A stretch of DNA of 64,000 nt from Camelus dromedarius (GCF_036321535.1 NC_087437.1:90956001-91020000); one strand, 5' to 3'. Shown: positions 38,701 to 53,214, counted from the stretch's first letter. The notes: generated by a model not told the origin, from the sequence alone. Numbers and translations are program-made.

Positions 38701-39859
38701 CTTATTTATCTAATTTTTATTTCTAGAAGAAGGATAAATTATATAACATAGTAGCGAGAACACCTGAGTTGGTAGAGAACTGTATTTTTTTTTCCACAGA
38801 ACTGGGTCTTCTGGCTTTAAGTCCCCTTATTTCAGTTTGCATTTCTCCTAGCATTTCCAGAATTACCGTCATGGTTCATCTATAGCTACTGGCCTAGAAT
38901 CTCTTTGGCCTTTTAAGTTGATTAAAATTATTTAAAGAAAATTATTTTTATTTGTATTAGGATAGATATCATGATTTAAAATATAAGGAATACAGAAATT
39001 TTGCAATTGAGTCTGTTTTTATGTTGTATAGTCCTTTTGATTTTTTATTAATATAGTAAAAAATAACTTTTTAATTTCAAAAAAGATCTCTGTCATAATT
39101 AAAAATCATTATACTTCCTGTTAATTTACTTAACAAATGTGGGAGCCAGTTTGAGTACTCATTGGGAAGACATTTATTTTCTGGTTGATTTTTTTTCTTG
39201 AAGGAAATTTCCATCTTAAATAAATATAAAAGGAAATATAATATAAATACAAATTAATCCACAAGAGAATCAAAGAAAAACTTAAGTGCAGTCTGGTTGC
39301 TTGTATTTTATACAATCATTAAAGATTTATTAAACCTCTTAATTTTATTTGAGAGGTAGCAACAATTATGGGTAATAAAACCAATGGCATATCATTTGAA
39401 GGTGAGGTTTTGTGTAGGATAAAAGCTCTACTGGGTATTGAAAGATAACCTGACCTACTAGTGATGCAAAACTTTCAAATAAAATAAGGAACAATGATCA
39501 AAAAGAAGTCTAAGGTTTTAAAAGATTGCCTTTGTATTTTTCCAGAAGAGCGATGACTTTTCCTGAGAAACATTGTTATGTTACCTTTTGCAGAGATGAG
39601 AATAAAAAGAAGCAGGCAAGATAGATTGTTTAGAAGAAATGCTTCAGAAAAAAACAAAAACAAAATACTTTACTTAATATATGACACATATTTCTATTTC
39701 AGAATGCATATAATATAATGTCAGAAAATCTTGTGAAAGGTGATTCTAAAATGATGCACAAGACTGATTTCCAGTGAAGTGACAGACCATATTTTAATCT
39801 AGAAAAGACTTTTTTTTCCCCACATGAGACATCATAGGATGAGTTAGAGTTCTTCTGGG

Positions 39860-40370
39860 GTTTTTCATCAGCAAAAGTTTCCTGGTGCTCCTTTGAAACT
39901 CTCCTCTCTCGTCCCTTTCCTCCTCCCCCAGGTACACAGAAGACTAATCTGGTTTCTGTCATTGTAGAGAAGTTTCAATTTTCTAGAATTTTATATAAGA
40001 CAAATCGTAAATGATATAATCATTTTTTCTGGATTTCTTCACACAGCATAATTGTTTTAGGATTCTTTAATGTTGTTCCACACGTCAGTACTTTATTTTC
40101 TTTAATTGATGAGTAGTGCTTTATTATAATTACATGCCATAATTTGTTCATTAACTTTTTGATAGACATTACATCGTCTACAGTTTTTAGTTAATATAAA
40201 TAAAACTGCTATGAATTTTCTTGTTTCTTTTATGAATATATAAAATCTAATTTTCTTGGATAAATACCAAGTTGTGGATAACTTGGTCATTTTTAAAAAA
40301 CTAACAAAGCTTTTCTCCAAAGTTGTACCATTTTACATTTCCATCATCAGTGCTTGAGAGTTGGGTATTG
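39860..40370 (-). mobile_element. L1ME-like 3' end, antisense
   Basis: 'ttttctagaattttatataa', 'ataaaactgctatgaatttt' and 'ccaaagttgtaccattttacatttccatcatcagtg'. Confidence 0.75.
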
Positions 40371-40374
40371 TTTT

Positions 40375-40990
40375 AAGCTTTGTTAAAGCATGAAGAAAAC
40401 CTTTAGTCTAGGGTTTACTTTTGCTCCACTATTGAGGGAAAACTATTCTGAGCATTCTAGCTGATTCTGCCTGATTCCCAGTCAACTACGAGTTTTTCTA
40501 TTTTGCTTGACTGGAAGAGAAACTGTTCTCAGCTACATGTGAATTCTTGTGATTGTCCTCTCTTTTTCTATTGGGTGATTTTTCCCCTAGGTTCAGATAC
40601 TTTCCTAATATGCATACAGTGGTCAGTGCTCAGCTGAAGACTTGAGGACTTTTGGCAGACGCCAATGCTTTCTCTCTGCGCAGCTCTTTCTTTTCCAGTA
40701 CCCTGTTCTGTGAGCTGTACTCAACTCAGAGAGACCCCTGGACTCCTGTCTTGATTTCCTCTCCTTTGGCCATATAAACCCTTTTCAGGCAAGAAGTTCT
40801 AACATTTGTGCACTCACATCTTTTGCTTTAGGCAAAAGAGTAGTTTTCTGTTTTACTTGGCTAGAAGCAGAAGTCTCCCTGTTTTAGGTTTTCTTTTTCT
40901 TTTTTTAAATCACTTTTCTATTTCTGTTACTGATACAGGTGTTGGTGTAGTCTGTGTTGATCTTGAGAGTCAGAGAAATCAGAGACCATA
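40375..40990 (-). mobile_element. Old L1 (L1M) 5'-end region, antisense
   Basis: 'ctttagtctaggg', 'tcagtgctcagctgaagacttgagg' and 'ctcaactcagagagac' resemble old L1M 5' UTR sequence. Confidence 0.5.
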
Positions 40991-41144
40991 TTCTCTTTAA
41001 GCACTCACCTTTTAGATAATTCCAACATTTGCATTAATATATAAATTAATAAATACTCTATGCAAGCCTCCTCAAAGATAAAAAGAAAGCAGCTTTTCCT
41101 AGTCGTTAAAGTTCTTTAATTCTCACAAAAACATGTCTGTTGCG

Positions 41145-41312
41145 TTGGAGCACAACCTGGCTGTACACTGGCAATATACAGATTGATTTTTTGAAACTGC
41201 TTGTGTCTTGGACCCACCCCTGAAATTAGATAAGAATCTCTGGGATTTAGACCTGAGCATTAGTATTCTTAAAGAATTCCCAGGGTAATTTTAATGGATA
41301 TGAGATCTGCCA
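41145..41312. mobile_element. MER5-family (hAT-Charlie) element
   Basis: 'cctggctgtacactgg...cccacccc...agaatctctggga...cctgagcattagtattcttaaagaattcccagggtaattttaatg'. Confidence 0.65.
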
Positions 41313-44199
41313 TCCTAGACTGATCTATTTTGAGAGACTGTGCTTATGTGTGTGCACACACACACATGCATGCATATTTGTAAATCAAGTCTTAAATAAA
41401 AAAATGCTATCAAATACAGGCAACACAGAAAATAATGAAATCATTGTCTTACTGAGGAAATAAACTATTGTTTCAGATGATTTTTGTGAGCTTCTGGGCT
41501 TTTTCCTCTGAGGTAAATAAAAGGAAAGGAAATATATCCTGAGGGAATAGTATGATCAAATGGAATAGCATCAAAATCTAGGCAGCATACTCAATAAAAC
41601 TGAAGTATCTGGATTTTAGAAAAAAATAGTGTGTATATGTGAGTATTTTGTATTTTATTTTTATGTATGACAGAAGTAAATGAATGTAGAAGTCAAAAAT
41701 GACATAGTTTGCTGGTCCAAATTGTGAAGTTTATTTTATTTTTTGTTCAGGAGTTTTACTTTGTTATGTTGGTAACGGAGTTATTTGTACAAAAATTAAT
41801 TCACATAAATATAGATGAATGCTTTTGATATGGTATATTATGAGATCTGGTAGGTAAGAATATAGTTTGGATCCACTTTTCGTACTTTATTCAGACTTCT
41901 AAAGCAGTTTTTAGATTGTCTAGAGCTCATGATAATATGTTTAGCTAAATAACAGAAAGCTTGAATGTCAAAGCAAGCTACATTTATTCTTCATATATTT
42001 ACTTACTCATTCATTTATTCAGATGGCATTTAGCTAAGAGCTACATAGTATATGATATTTTTAATACATAATAATCCAGTAAATAATTTGAGAAAATCAT
42101 ACAATGTAGTCCAGTTCTCACTAACCTCGACTCAATCATACTGTTGTCATTCTTTCTTAGGACTAATAAAAAATTTAAATGAGTAGACAAAGTTACAAAG
42201 AAAGTTGAAGTATTTATTTTTGTTAAATATTTAATGTGCTAATGTAATATATTGTGTGGGAAAAAATTTTCAGTTTGAATTGTGCTATGCTGACTGGACT
42301 TGCCTTGACTCTATTACTCTCTGATTTATTACTCAGTTGAAAAATGTGATGAAATAAACAGTGATATTTAGTGATATGTATTTGTTGACAACATAAAATG
42401 TACTTAATAGCTTGTAATGGGATTAGGTATTCTCTCTAGCGAAGTTACAGAAGAATCAGTCAAAACACCCAAAATCTAGGTGAAATCTACCCAGGAGCAA
42501 GAATATAAATGTCAAATAATTAGTTAACTAGGCTTAATTGTGGCAATTTTAGGTGACTGAATAGCACACTTAATGGAGTTCTCTGTCAAATATGGAGGGT
42601 TGTAGGCAATTCTGGGTACACTCTATAAAACTTAGAGAAAAGGGTGGCAAGAAACACACTCACATAAACTATATGATATGCAAAAAATCTACAAGAGATA
42701 AGCAGAATAATTTAAAATAAGTGAAAATGTCTGCTGTTTTTTAAAATAGAAAATTGAAATTTTAACTATGGCTCAGTACGGCCATCAAGGACACTTACAG
42801 AAAATTGTGCTGTTAAGCAAGATTCTATGTGATAGGTTAAACCAAGAACTAAGTAGTCAAATGTACCAGGAAAGAGTCAAGAGGAGAGTTTGTTTCACCT
42901 CTAGATATTTTAGATAATGCACGCACATAATGAAACTTCAATTTGTGTGCAGTAGATTTTACCTTAAATTATTCTGAGTACTTGTTCTTATTTTGCGTTT
43001 CTAACCTAGGCTAATGATAGACTACAGGTAAAATCTCAGATGCCTCTTTTTTATGATAGGAAGGTTTTGGAACTAAGGGAAATATCAAATTCATAAAGAA
43101 AACTAAGAAATCTATATCTGAGAGCTTTATATTCTGCTTCGTTGGACAAATGGTAACTACATCTTGAGACTCACAACAAAACTCTCTAAGGGAGTTTTAC
43201 TTTCTTTGAGACAATGCAGGAATATAGCTTAGAGTGATTATACATTATCTATGGTGAGGTAGATGTCTCTAGACTTCTCTTACATATGTGAATTGAATTG
43301 CATTTGTGACTGTCTTGTTCTGCTTAGTTAACTGAATTTGGGTTGTCATTATTTTTGTCTGCACAAAAGATTTACTGTAAGATATAAGGAGAAAAGGGAC
43401 TTTTTTTTTTTTTTAACTTTCTGACTCTCATAACCTCTGGTTGAGTCTCTAGCAAATGCAACGGAAAATTAAATGGCTAACTGAGTTTGCTTATAACCCA
43501 TATCCTTCTTTCTTATATATAAGTAAGTGTAAAAATGGTGAGCAATGGTTTATGCAAACTATTGTAATTATTTTACTATAATATGAATATCATAAAATAG
43601 TATCAGTGTAACAATTATGGATGTATTTTATATGTCAATGGCTAAAATGTTTGCTGATGAAAGTTTTCTCAAGTTTCTCTGCTTTTTAAATTGCAAACCT
43701 GAAATTAATGTTTAGGATTCCTAGTCCTAAACTTATACTTCAGTAAAACTACATTTTGCATCACTGTGATTTCAAACCAATAATTGGAAGAAAATTGTAA
43801 AATAATAATAAAAAGCTTATACATGCCTATAATGATGCCTGGGTACTGTTATCTTCTAGTATAAGAAAAAAATGTTATTTTATTATTATTTTCTTCCAAG
43901 GTATTTGAAATCCTTTATGTATGCAAATACATAAAGATACATAAAATACATTAAAAAATCTTGGTCTTCAGTTGATTTGTGTAGGTGATCTCACAAGCAA
44001 GTAGAGAATTAGCATTTAAATTTCAGTAGTCGGTTTGAATTGTTTTCACAGGTTTGATTTACTCTGGCTTATTTGGGTAGAAATATTCCTAAAATGTGCT
44101 GTTTTTTATTCTTAAAATTTTCTCTTTCAGGGCCAATTTATTTTTGTTTAAGCAAACATTTGAATATACGATCAACATTTTAAAAACATGGAAGATAAA

Positions 44200-46300
44200 A
44201 GTGTGTTTGTGTTTTTACTGATAAAAATAACCATTTAGATAATCAAACTAAGATTTAAAAAAAACTAACAGATGACCTCACTCATAATTAGAGGCAGAAA
44301 AACTGAATAAAATACTAACAAGAATCCATCATCATATTTTAAGAATGATAAAACATGACCAAAATAGTTCAGTGCAGAAATTCAAAGGTAGTGAAATATT
44401 AGGAAAACTAGTTATATACTAACCAAATGAATAACCAAATAGAACATAGATGTTAACAATGTGTGATGTATTTCTATATCCACTTCTGATTATAAATGAT
44501 GAAACGGTAATAAGAATAGATGGATATTTTATTAATATTAAGACAAAACTCAGAATCATAGTAATTGATGTAAGGAGCATTGACATTATTGTCAGGAACA
44601 ATATTTTTCAGTCAATGTTTTAGATATTGTTTGAAAAAATATTAGCCAAAGCAATTACATAAAAGAAAAAGTATGAAATATTATAAAGAGAATGGGAGGG
44701 AAATATTGTTTAAATATCATACAATTCTATCTCTAAAAAATTACCTGAAATTTTTTGAAAATGGTAAGAGAATTTAGGAAGATGAGTGAGGTTCAAAAAG
44801 CAATGACTTAGCTTGTTTGAACAGGATTCAATGTGAAAATACAAGGAGTGTTTTAGCTTCTGGTAATGTAGGGCAAGTCAGTCAGATCAATCCCTCCACT
44901 GAGAACAAATATTAAGGCTTGAAAATAATAGGAACTATATGATTGGAGGCAGCAGAGCAGTAACAAAGTAGTGAAGAATTATGGGCCTATGGTTAGGGTA
45001 AGGATATTCAGCTAATATAATCTGAGCATCTGGGGCTGCTTGTAGGACCTTTTTTTTTTTTTTTTTTTTTTTTCTTTTTAAAGCAGTCTGGTGAAGTGTT
45101 TGACTTCTGACAACAATGTTTTTAAAAACATAAATCAAAATATAGACTATTAAAGGAAATATATCACATTACAATGTGTTATCAAATTATTTTTTAAATG
45201 ATCAATGATATATGTTTAACACATCTGATAAAGATAATAACATCAAAATAAAAGCTATCTTAATGTCAAAAAAGTGTGAACTACAACTAAGTCAAGAACT
45301 AGCAGAATGGATAGAAACAAAAGAAAACAACAGCAACAATAAAACACACATAAAGGGATGGAAAAACTTGTACTACAAAATGCTAACCAGTAAAGAGATT
45401 ATATAAGATTATACACTATATTGATAATAGATAAAGTAGATTTAAATATTAAAAATGGATATTGTTGAAAAGAGGGAACATTTTCTGACAATAAACTGGT
45501 AATTCTACCAGGAAGATACAGCAGTCCTAAATTTCTAAACTCCTAATAACTTAAACTCAAAATATATAAAGAACAAAAACAACAGAATTAAAAGGAAAAT
45601 GAGACAAATCCACTACAATAGTGGAACGTTTGTATACACATTCTCAGTAAGTTACATAAAAAGCAGCAAGGAAAAGATACAAAATTAAATTTTTAAATGG
45701 GCAAAATATTTGTGCAGCAACTTCAAAACCGAGGACATACAATGACCAATAAACATATGAAACACATTTATTAGTATAAGAGAAATGTAAAATATATCCT
45801 AAACAATATGACTTTATACCCATGAAAAATGATAAAATTGTGACAATTAAACAATGCTGAGTGATGGTGAGGAGATGAAATACTAGAATTCCCTTAACTA
45901 CCCAAGGCAGTATAAACTGTTGCGAATACATTGGGAAACTATTTTACAGTGTTTACCAAAAGTTAAAGTGTAGACATCCCATGAACCAGGGTTTTACTTC
46001 CAGGTGTGAACCAAACAGAAACATGGACAAAAATATACTAAGCCTATGTACACAACTTTTAAAAGTGCCATTATTTGTTATATTTCTGAACTGGAAACAG
46101 TGTAAATTTACAATAGCAATAGGATGATGGGTCAAATTATAAATGAACCACTGCTATGTGTAAGACTGAATCTCACATATGAAATGTTGCACAGAAGTAG
46201 CCAAACACAAAAGATTAGGAATTAATATTTCTGTTCGTACAAAATTCAAAAACAGCAAAGCTATCTACGTATTACAAGTCAGAATAGTGGGTATTTTGAG
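44200..46300 (+). mobile_element. Cluster of decayed old L1 (L1ME-like) fragments
   Basis: RT-region pieces (44200-44820), endonuclease pieces ('ataaagtagattt', 'ccaggaagatacagcagtcctaaattt') and 3' pieces ('caatgaccaataaacatatgaaa', 'acaagtcagaatagtgg'). Confidence 0.6.
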
Positions 46301-47329
46301 GATAGACATAACATTTTCCCACATGCTTATTTTTTATTCATAGATCTTTACATGTGAAATGATTTTAAATGACATAAACTTTCTTTAGCCACAGAGCCAT
46401 TATATACTGATAAATTATTTTTTAATGTTTAGTTCAAGTCACAGAAAGAAATTTCATTTATTTGGACATCTCATGGTGAGTCCACCTTCACAGTGTACAC
46501 ACAAGTACTTACTGTGTGCAAAGTCTAGTTCTAGCACTCATGATAATTATTTTTCCAGTGAGCAGTTTTCAGAGAAGCTATTTGAAGTGTTGATTTGTGC
46601 TTGCACTGTGTGATACAGTATTTTTCTTGACTAACTAGCTCCTGGCTCTTCTGCCTTCATTGATTATATAGCATCCTTGAACAAAGACTAATGATCAAAC
46701 AAGAAAGCAAAATGGACAAACATGGAGAAAACTAGTTAAAGGAAAAGCCTACATGTCTTATGTCAGAAGTACTCTCTCAGTCTAGTTCTGGACAGTATCT
46801 GTGAGACCTGCATAAGCACAGTTGTCAGCATGTGCTGATTCAGTTGTGTCCCTGATTACCAGAATAAAAGCATGCAGTTGAGAAAGATTATGCCCTAGAG
46901 ATTCCTTTAAAAGACTGGCTATTCCTTGCCCTAGTTTTTGAGACTTGAAACTGAACCTGAAACTTCAGTTATAGCAAATATACAAAAATAAAATTTTGGA
47001 ACAGGTAAAATACACTATATATATTGTAATGTTACTAAATGTAATTCACTTTATCAGTGGTAGTAAATAAAATTTCATCTGAGTGTGATTCATAGAGAAA
47101 TAGTTTTTAATGACTATAAGCCCCATGTAAGAAATTATTTTATCTAAAATGTCATCTAAATGTAAAAGTTCTCTAGAATGAAATGCCTAGCTTGGTTTTG
47201 AGTGAAATACTATGTTTAATTATCCTTGTTTTTTCTATTTTAATATACAATAATCCATCTTTTATGATTTCACAATTGGTTTTTGAAGTAATGAGATGAT
47301 AATATATATATTTTTTAGAATGCAAGAAA

Positions 47330-47480
47330 GCAGGTTTCTGCTGTATAACACAGAGAACTATATTTGATGTCTTGTAGTAACCTATAATGGAAAATAATAT
47401 GAAAATGAATATATGTATGACTGAAACATTATGCTGTATACCAGAAACTGACACAACATTATAAACTGACTATACTTCAA

Positions 47481-47524
<44 letters not shown>

Positions 47525-47536
47525 ATATTTTAAAAA
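47330..47536 (+). mobile_element. Young 5'-truncated L1 3' end with (AAAT)n tail and perfect 13-bp TSD
   Basis: 'ctgtataccagaaactgacacaacattataaactgactatacttcaatt' followed by (aaat)n. The TSD agaatgcaagaaa occurs at 47317-47329 and 47537-47549, preceded by tttttt (an L1 endonuclease TT/AAAA-like site). Confidence 0.93.
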
Positions 47537-47714
47537 AGAATGCAAGAAAATACATAATTTTAACGTTCACTGATATTCTAATTTGTTTTCCCAATAGCTA
47601 TTTAATGGATTCCTACCATATACTAGAGAAAGCTAAAATCCCATTCTAGTGATAATTATAATAAATCTTTAATAAATATTGATTAGAATTATTACTTAAA
47701 TATATTGTTATATA

Positions 47715-47960
47715 TTATTTATTTTATTGACATATAGTCAGTACAGAAAAATGTCCCAGTCATGCATAAATATACATATATTCATTTTCACATTCTTTTT
47801 CATTAAAGGTTATTACAAGATATTGAATATAGTTCCCTGTTCTATACAGAAGAAATTTGTTTTTTATCTTTTTATATATAGTGGTTAACATTTGCAAATC
47901 TCAAACTCCCAAATTTATCCCATCCCACCCTTATTCCCCCAGTAACTATACAATTGTTTA
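47715..47960 (-). mobile_element. L1 3' end (cetartiodactyl type), antisense
   Basis: 'ggttattacaagatattgaatatagttccctgttctataca' and 'tttgcaaatctcaaactcccaaatttatccc'. Confidence 0.88.
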
Positions 47961-48964
47961 CTATATATACTGTCTTTTGATATCAGCATCAAGTAGTTCA
48001 TTCTTTAAATGTCTAAAGATCACAAAATAGCTAAAGCATAACTGTAATATTTTCTATTATATGCAAATGTTTGTATATGTCTATATATAAAATATATGTA
48101 TGTATGTATCAGCAATTGATTTTAAAATAATTTTAATAGCAGCATAATATTTTGTAAGACCACTTGAAGCAATCACTATCTGGAATTCAGGGAACGCAGA
48201 TTGATTTTGACTATTTAGAAAGCCTTTAATTCCTACCTGAGAAATTAGGAATTTATTATAACTCTCTGAAATTTACTATAAATTCTTAATTTAATGAAAT
48301 GATGAAATCAGCAACATTTTATAGTCACACAAAGATAAAAGATTTAGTGCTAATGCAAAGAACAACAGAAGAGATTTAGAATTCTCATATTATAGACTGA
48401 AATTATGTAAGCAGCTTGAGTTTCCCAAAGCATAATAAAGAAGTAAAAGGACAAAGGACTGAATCTACATTAAAGGCAAATCTAGAGAAAAGTAAATCCT
48501 TTCTTATAATCTCCATTGTCAGAAGGGCATACTGTGTGACATCAGATAAATTTTCTTCCCTCTGCTTGTTAGTAAGATGTGTTTTCTCATCTGCTTCAAG
48601 GATTAAGTAAAATATATAATATTCAGGGAGCAGATGAGTCATTTATGTTTTAAGGGCCATTTTCTTTATTTTGTAATTAAAATTGGTAATTATATAAAAT
48701 TGGAGCCAATCTGTCCCTAATATTTATAAAGTCACATTTATTATACTTATTTATATCACTCAGAAATATATAGTTTTATGGATAATTGTATTCTAGTTCT
48801 TAGAGTATTAATAATTGTGATATACACTTTTTTCTTTTATTCATGCCTCATGTTATTTTTTAAGTCTAACAAAACTGTTATGTTCACTTCTGAGCTTACT
48901 TCTCCTTGTCTCCCTCCACAAACCGTTCCCTGTTTAAGAATTTTATTTCTGCTGTGTATTGTCA

Positions 48965-49190
48965 ATATGCATGAATTCCTGAAGTTACCTGGATCCAAAT
49001 ATGGCTCTACTATCTATTAGATGGGCAACCTCTGAAAAGTTTCTTGAACTCACTGTTACCTATAACCTGGATATGATGTTCATACCAATTTAAGGCAATC
49101 AATGTGAGAATTAAAAGAAAAAATATATATCTAAATATCCTTAGACCAGTTCCAGGGATATTGCATACAATTAATAGATGTTAGCTTTTT
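48965..49190 (+). mobile_element. MIR SINE
   Basis: 'cctggatccaaatatggctctacta...tgtgagaattaaa...caattaatagatgttagct'. Confidence 0.65.
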
Positions 49191-49964
49191 TATTTACCTC
49201 CCAGAATGTCACTCTTTTTATATGCCCCTTTAATTTAGTAAAACGATGTTAAAATTAAAAAATTTTTTCTTTTACTTATTAATTTTATAGCAGTGTTCTC
49301 CTGATGAGAAATTTCTTATCAGTAAAAGTGACACATCAAAGAGTTTTTCAATTTTTTTGTGTCTTATCATGAACACAAATTTATAAAGTTCCATTACCTA
49401 AGCAAGATCTGAATATATTAATCCATCACTTAAAATATATCTGGGACATTTTAGCATTTGAGGCATTACAGCATGATTTGCTTTTGGATCATGTGGTATT
49501 TGATGTCCAACCTTCATAAAATGATTTTCCACTGAATTAAAAAATATGAAATATTATAATTGCAAGGTAACAACAGTAAGAATTTCTTAAAATAAATGTT
49601 TAATAGGCACCAACTGAACCAAAGAACTGAGAAAAGGAAGCAATAGATCCCTTTAAAAAGGTTATTTAAGCTTTTTGAACTTACTACTCCCCAACCCAAG
49701 AAAAAGAGTGGATAACGGAACAAAGAAGTCCATAGGGAAAATTTTATGATGCTTTTTTTAAGTAATTTAATGAACTATAAATTATTCTACTATAAACATT
49801 TCAATTTCAACCCTTTATATATTCTAGGAAATGTATTACTCTAAAAATATAAAATCCTCATTGAAATTTCAATATAAATTTAATCAGAAGAATTACATTT
49901 ATAAATTTAACTTTACAGTTAAACATCAAAGTTACTTTTTATGTATCTGATATTATGGCATGGT

Positions 49965-50170
49965 AGTTTCATAGTATTATAATAGTTTCATAATGTATAT
50001 AATAATATATTTAAAAGAAATATAATTTCATAATATATAAAATAAAATAAAATAAAATAATATAATAATGTATTATACTATAATAATTATAATGGTTTCA
50101 TAATATTATAATAATATAATAGTTTCATAAAATTATAATATATAATTATATTATAATATAATTATAATGG
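49965..50170. repeat. AT-rich low-complexity repeat (taatat/gtttcataa units)
   Basis: Nearly pure A/T sequence with a recurrent 'gtttcataa' unit. Confidence 0.85.
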
Positions 50171-50956
50171 AAACAAAATAATTTAGTACTTTTATTATTA
50201 ACTACTTTGATCATTTTTGGAACATTAATCAAAATTTATCATTTAGAGGAGATAAATAACCAACTACTAAATTTTCAACAAATGTATCCAACAGTGATAT
50301 TTCAGTGATCTGCCATTACTCAAAATATGATGTCAATTTTTTCTATAAGCTATGAATTTGTATCACATTCTTTTGGAAAAAAATTCCCCAGAGTCTATAA
50401 CTATAAGTCTCCTGGAAATTTTTATTACATTTATATCTGTCTTTCCAATCAATTTAATATATAAGTAAATTTTATTCCTAATAAAGTATTTTTTCAATTT
50501 CTTTTTGATTGACAGATACAGAAGATCCAGTAAATCTGATTTCTATACCATTAAGTGTTCATATACACCTCCTTCTATAAGAAAACAAATAAACCAACAT
50601 CATAGTGCATGTGACAAATGAAGAACAAGGCAAATCATCAAATCAGTTCCCTGAAAGTAAAGAATGTGATAGTTCTCTCACTCATGTCTGACTACTGACA
50701 AATTAAAATCCTGGAGATATGACCTTGACCTGTAACATATTATCTATATTCACTAAGTGAATTTACAGCTTTACAGTTGGTGGTTTATTTTGTACTGGTT
50801 TTATCATTTCATCTAGAAGAACTTTATCCTAAAGTTTTAATTTTGCATTCAATTTTAAAATTGTTCCAAGGGATTTTGAATCCTCAATTCTATATCACAC
50901 ACTAGAAGGCATATTGAATACTTTTAAAGTAAAATAAAACAAATAGCTTTCATCTA

Positions 50957-50990
50957 CACACGTGCGCGCACACACACACACACACACACA
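50957..50990. repeat. (CA)n/(CG) alternating purine-pyrimidine microsatellite
   Basis: 'acacacgtgcgcgcacacacacacacacacacaca'. Confidence 0.9.
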
Positions 50991-51941
50991 AAATAGACTT
51001 TATTGTGACCCCTGTGAATGGTCAGCTTCTTAAAGCATAGCAGGTCAATTAAAATTGTGCTTCTCTACATGTAATTATATAATTTAAATTTCAACTTTCT
51101 ATAAGCAGTACGTGCATGTATTACTATAATGGATTTTAAAACATATGTATTAATATAATGGTTTTAAAAATATATTTAATCTAGAAAATAGTAATGTGTG
51201 TTTTATAGAAAAATTCCTGTAAAGATTATTGTATGATTTTGTATTACCTGGGGAAATACTGGTATCATGTTTCTAATTAAATATTTCTAGCCATGAGAGA
51301 ATATATATGGGTGGTCAACAGTGGCTAAAAACTTACTGTTAGGAATTCTAATAAAGACTGCTGGTGGTTTTGATTAAAAAAATATTGATGGAGGAATTAT
51401 TTTCTTATGTAGAACAGAAAGTCTTGACAAGGCATTGAGTTTGTATGAATAATTTGTAATAATTTTATTCTAGTTGAACATTTTCCTTAATTTTAGTAAG
51501 GAACACATAGCATTGTAACTGCCCATACAACTCAGATTCTGACTCCTAGTCTATCCCAACTCCTAGCATATGTGTTTGTCTTTGCTGACTGTTCATGCTA
51601 TGCTATAAATGTTGGTCTTTAGCACAAATCCACCTTCTGGTCCCAGTGGTTTTCCCTGACTACTGATTCTTTGTCTCAGAAGACTCAACACTGACATCCT
51701 TAAAAAAACATACTGCCCTTCATCAGGCAGCAGACCACTTGTATGTCAATATTTGCTTATCTATGAATCTAAAGCAAATACGAATTATATAGTACAAAGT
51801 TTCCAAAAAAAGATGACCCAAAAGATGAAAGTTTTGTCTGTGTAAGCAATACAAAAAATGAATAGATTCTTAGAAACAACATGAGTTTTTATAAAATACT
51901 GTTTTCATTTACCCTTATTTTTAAAATCTATTTTGCATTTT

Positions 51942-52170
51942 CAGAGCATAGTGGTTAATGTTTAGGTTCTGAAATCACAAATGCCTGAGTTCAGATCCTA
52001 CTGCTACATCCTTGGATTGTTACTTCCTTCAGCAAATTACTTAATCTGTGTGTACATCAGATATCAACTGTAAGATTGGTAATTCGTGTTTTCTTTAATA
52101 TATTAAATAACTTTATGTCCTATAAATTATGTAGCAGATTGGCAAACAATTGCTTAACAATTTATATAAT
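51942..52170 (+). mobile_element. MIR SINE
   Basis: MIR 5' head 'agagcatagtggttaa...cctgagttcagatcctactgctac...gcaaattacttaatct'. Confidence 0.75.
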
Positions 52171-53214
52171 TGGGAAATACCATTAAAGGGTTAATTCTTA
52201 ATTTATATAACAATGCGTACGTTAGTGAGAAAACAGTTTTTCTTTGGAAAGACATAAATTGCCAAAATGGAGTATTTCTAAGACTTTATATTGTAAGCCC
52301 AGTCTTAAAAATAGCCTCCTCTATGCTCTTCATTGAATAAAAGGCAATAGTCAGTTAAAGAAGTGTTAAATTAAAATAGTGATAGATTTAGCAAAAAAAG
52401 AAATGAGAAAAAATGTCAATAGTAGAATAATATGCCTACATATAGTCAAATCTTATTGCCCTTTTAAAGCTCTGGGGCACCTTTGAATTTCCCTTATGTT
52501 TTATAAAACATATCTTATTAACAGTGGTTTCCTTATACATTATTTTAATCTGACATATCCAACACATAATTGATGGATCTTTTCAAATGAATATTTTAGA
52601 AAATAAACAAAAGGATTGCAGTACCACTTTTATTAGGATACAGTGAACTTGGTTAGTGGAATATGTTAAGAAGTATAGTTAGTGAAAAAAAATTCTACTA
52701 TTTATGTGAATTAATCATTTGCTCCAATTTCATGACATTATCATAATATTACACTTACAGGATCCTTCTTTTAGTGTCAGGGCCAGATTGATGAACTGAT
52801 TAACTGGATAGACTGGTCTACATTTTCCCCTTAGGAGTTTCTCGATTATCAAGACCACCAGATGGTTGGAATTTCTTTAATATCCCCACAACCGCCTAGC
52901 TTTCCCCATTCTGCTATTTTACTATTTTTATCAATGCCCTGATTAAATTTCTTTATATCCACAATATAACACATTTCAAGCATTTCCTCTTCATTAGTAC
53001 CTTAACTGACTACATTTTAAAAGCTTAGAGAATGGCTTCTTGAACAGAATTCTGTTACCACATTTATAATAGTTACGTATATACCAGTCTATTCTCAAAA
53101 TTATGAAATTATTGATGTGTAGAAAATTTTATCATCTTTGCATAAAAACACCCAGATATATGTATATGATGTAAATCAATGAAATAATGAATGAATGATA
53201 GAATGAGGAAATAA

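Noticed and set aside
46680..46965. Possible LTR (AATAAA followed by a U5-like end)
   Set aside because: I could not identify the termini, a TSD or a family.
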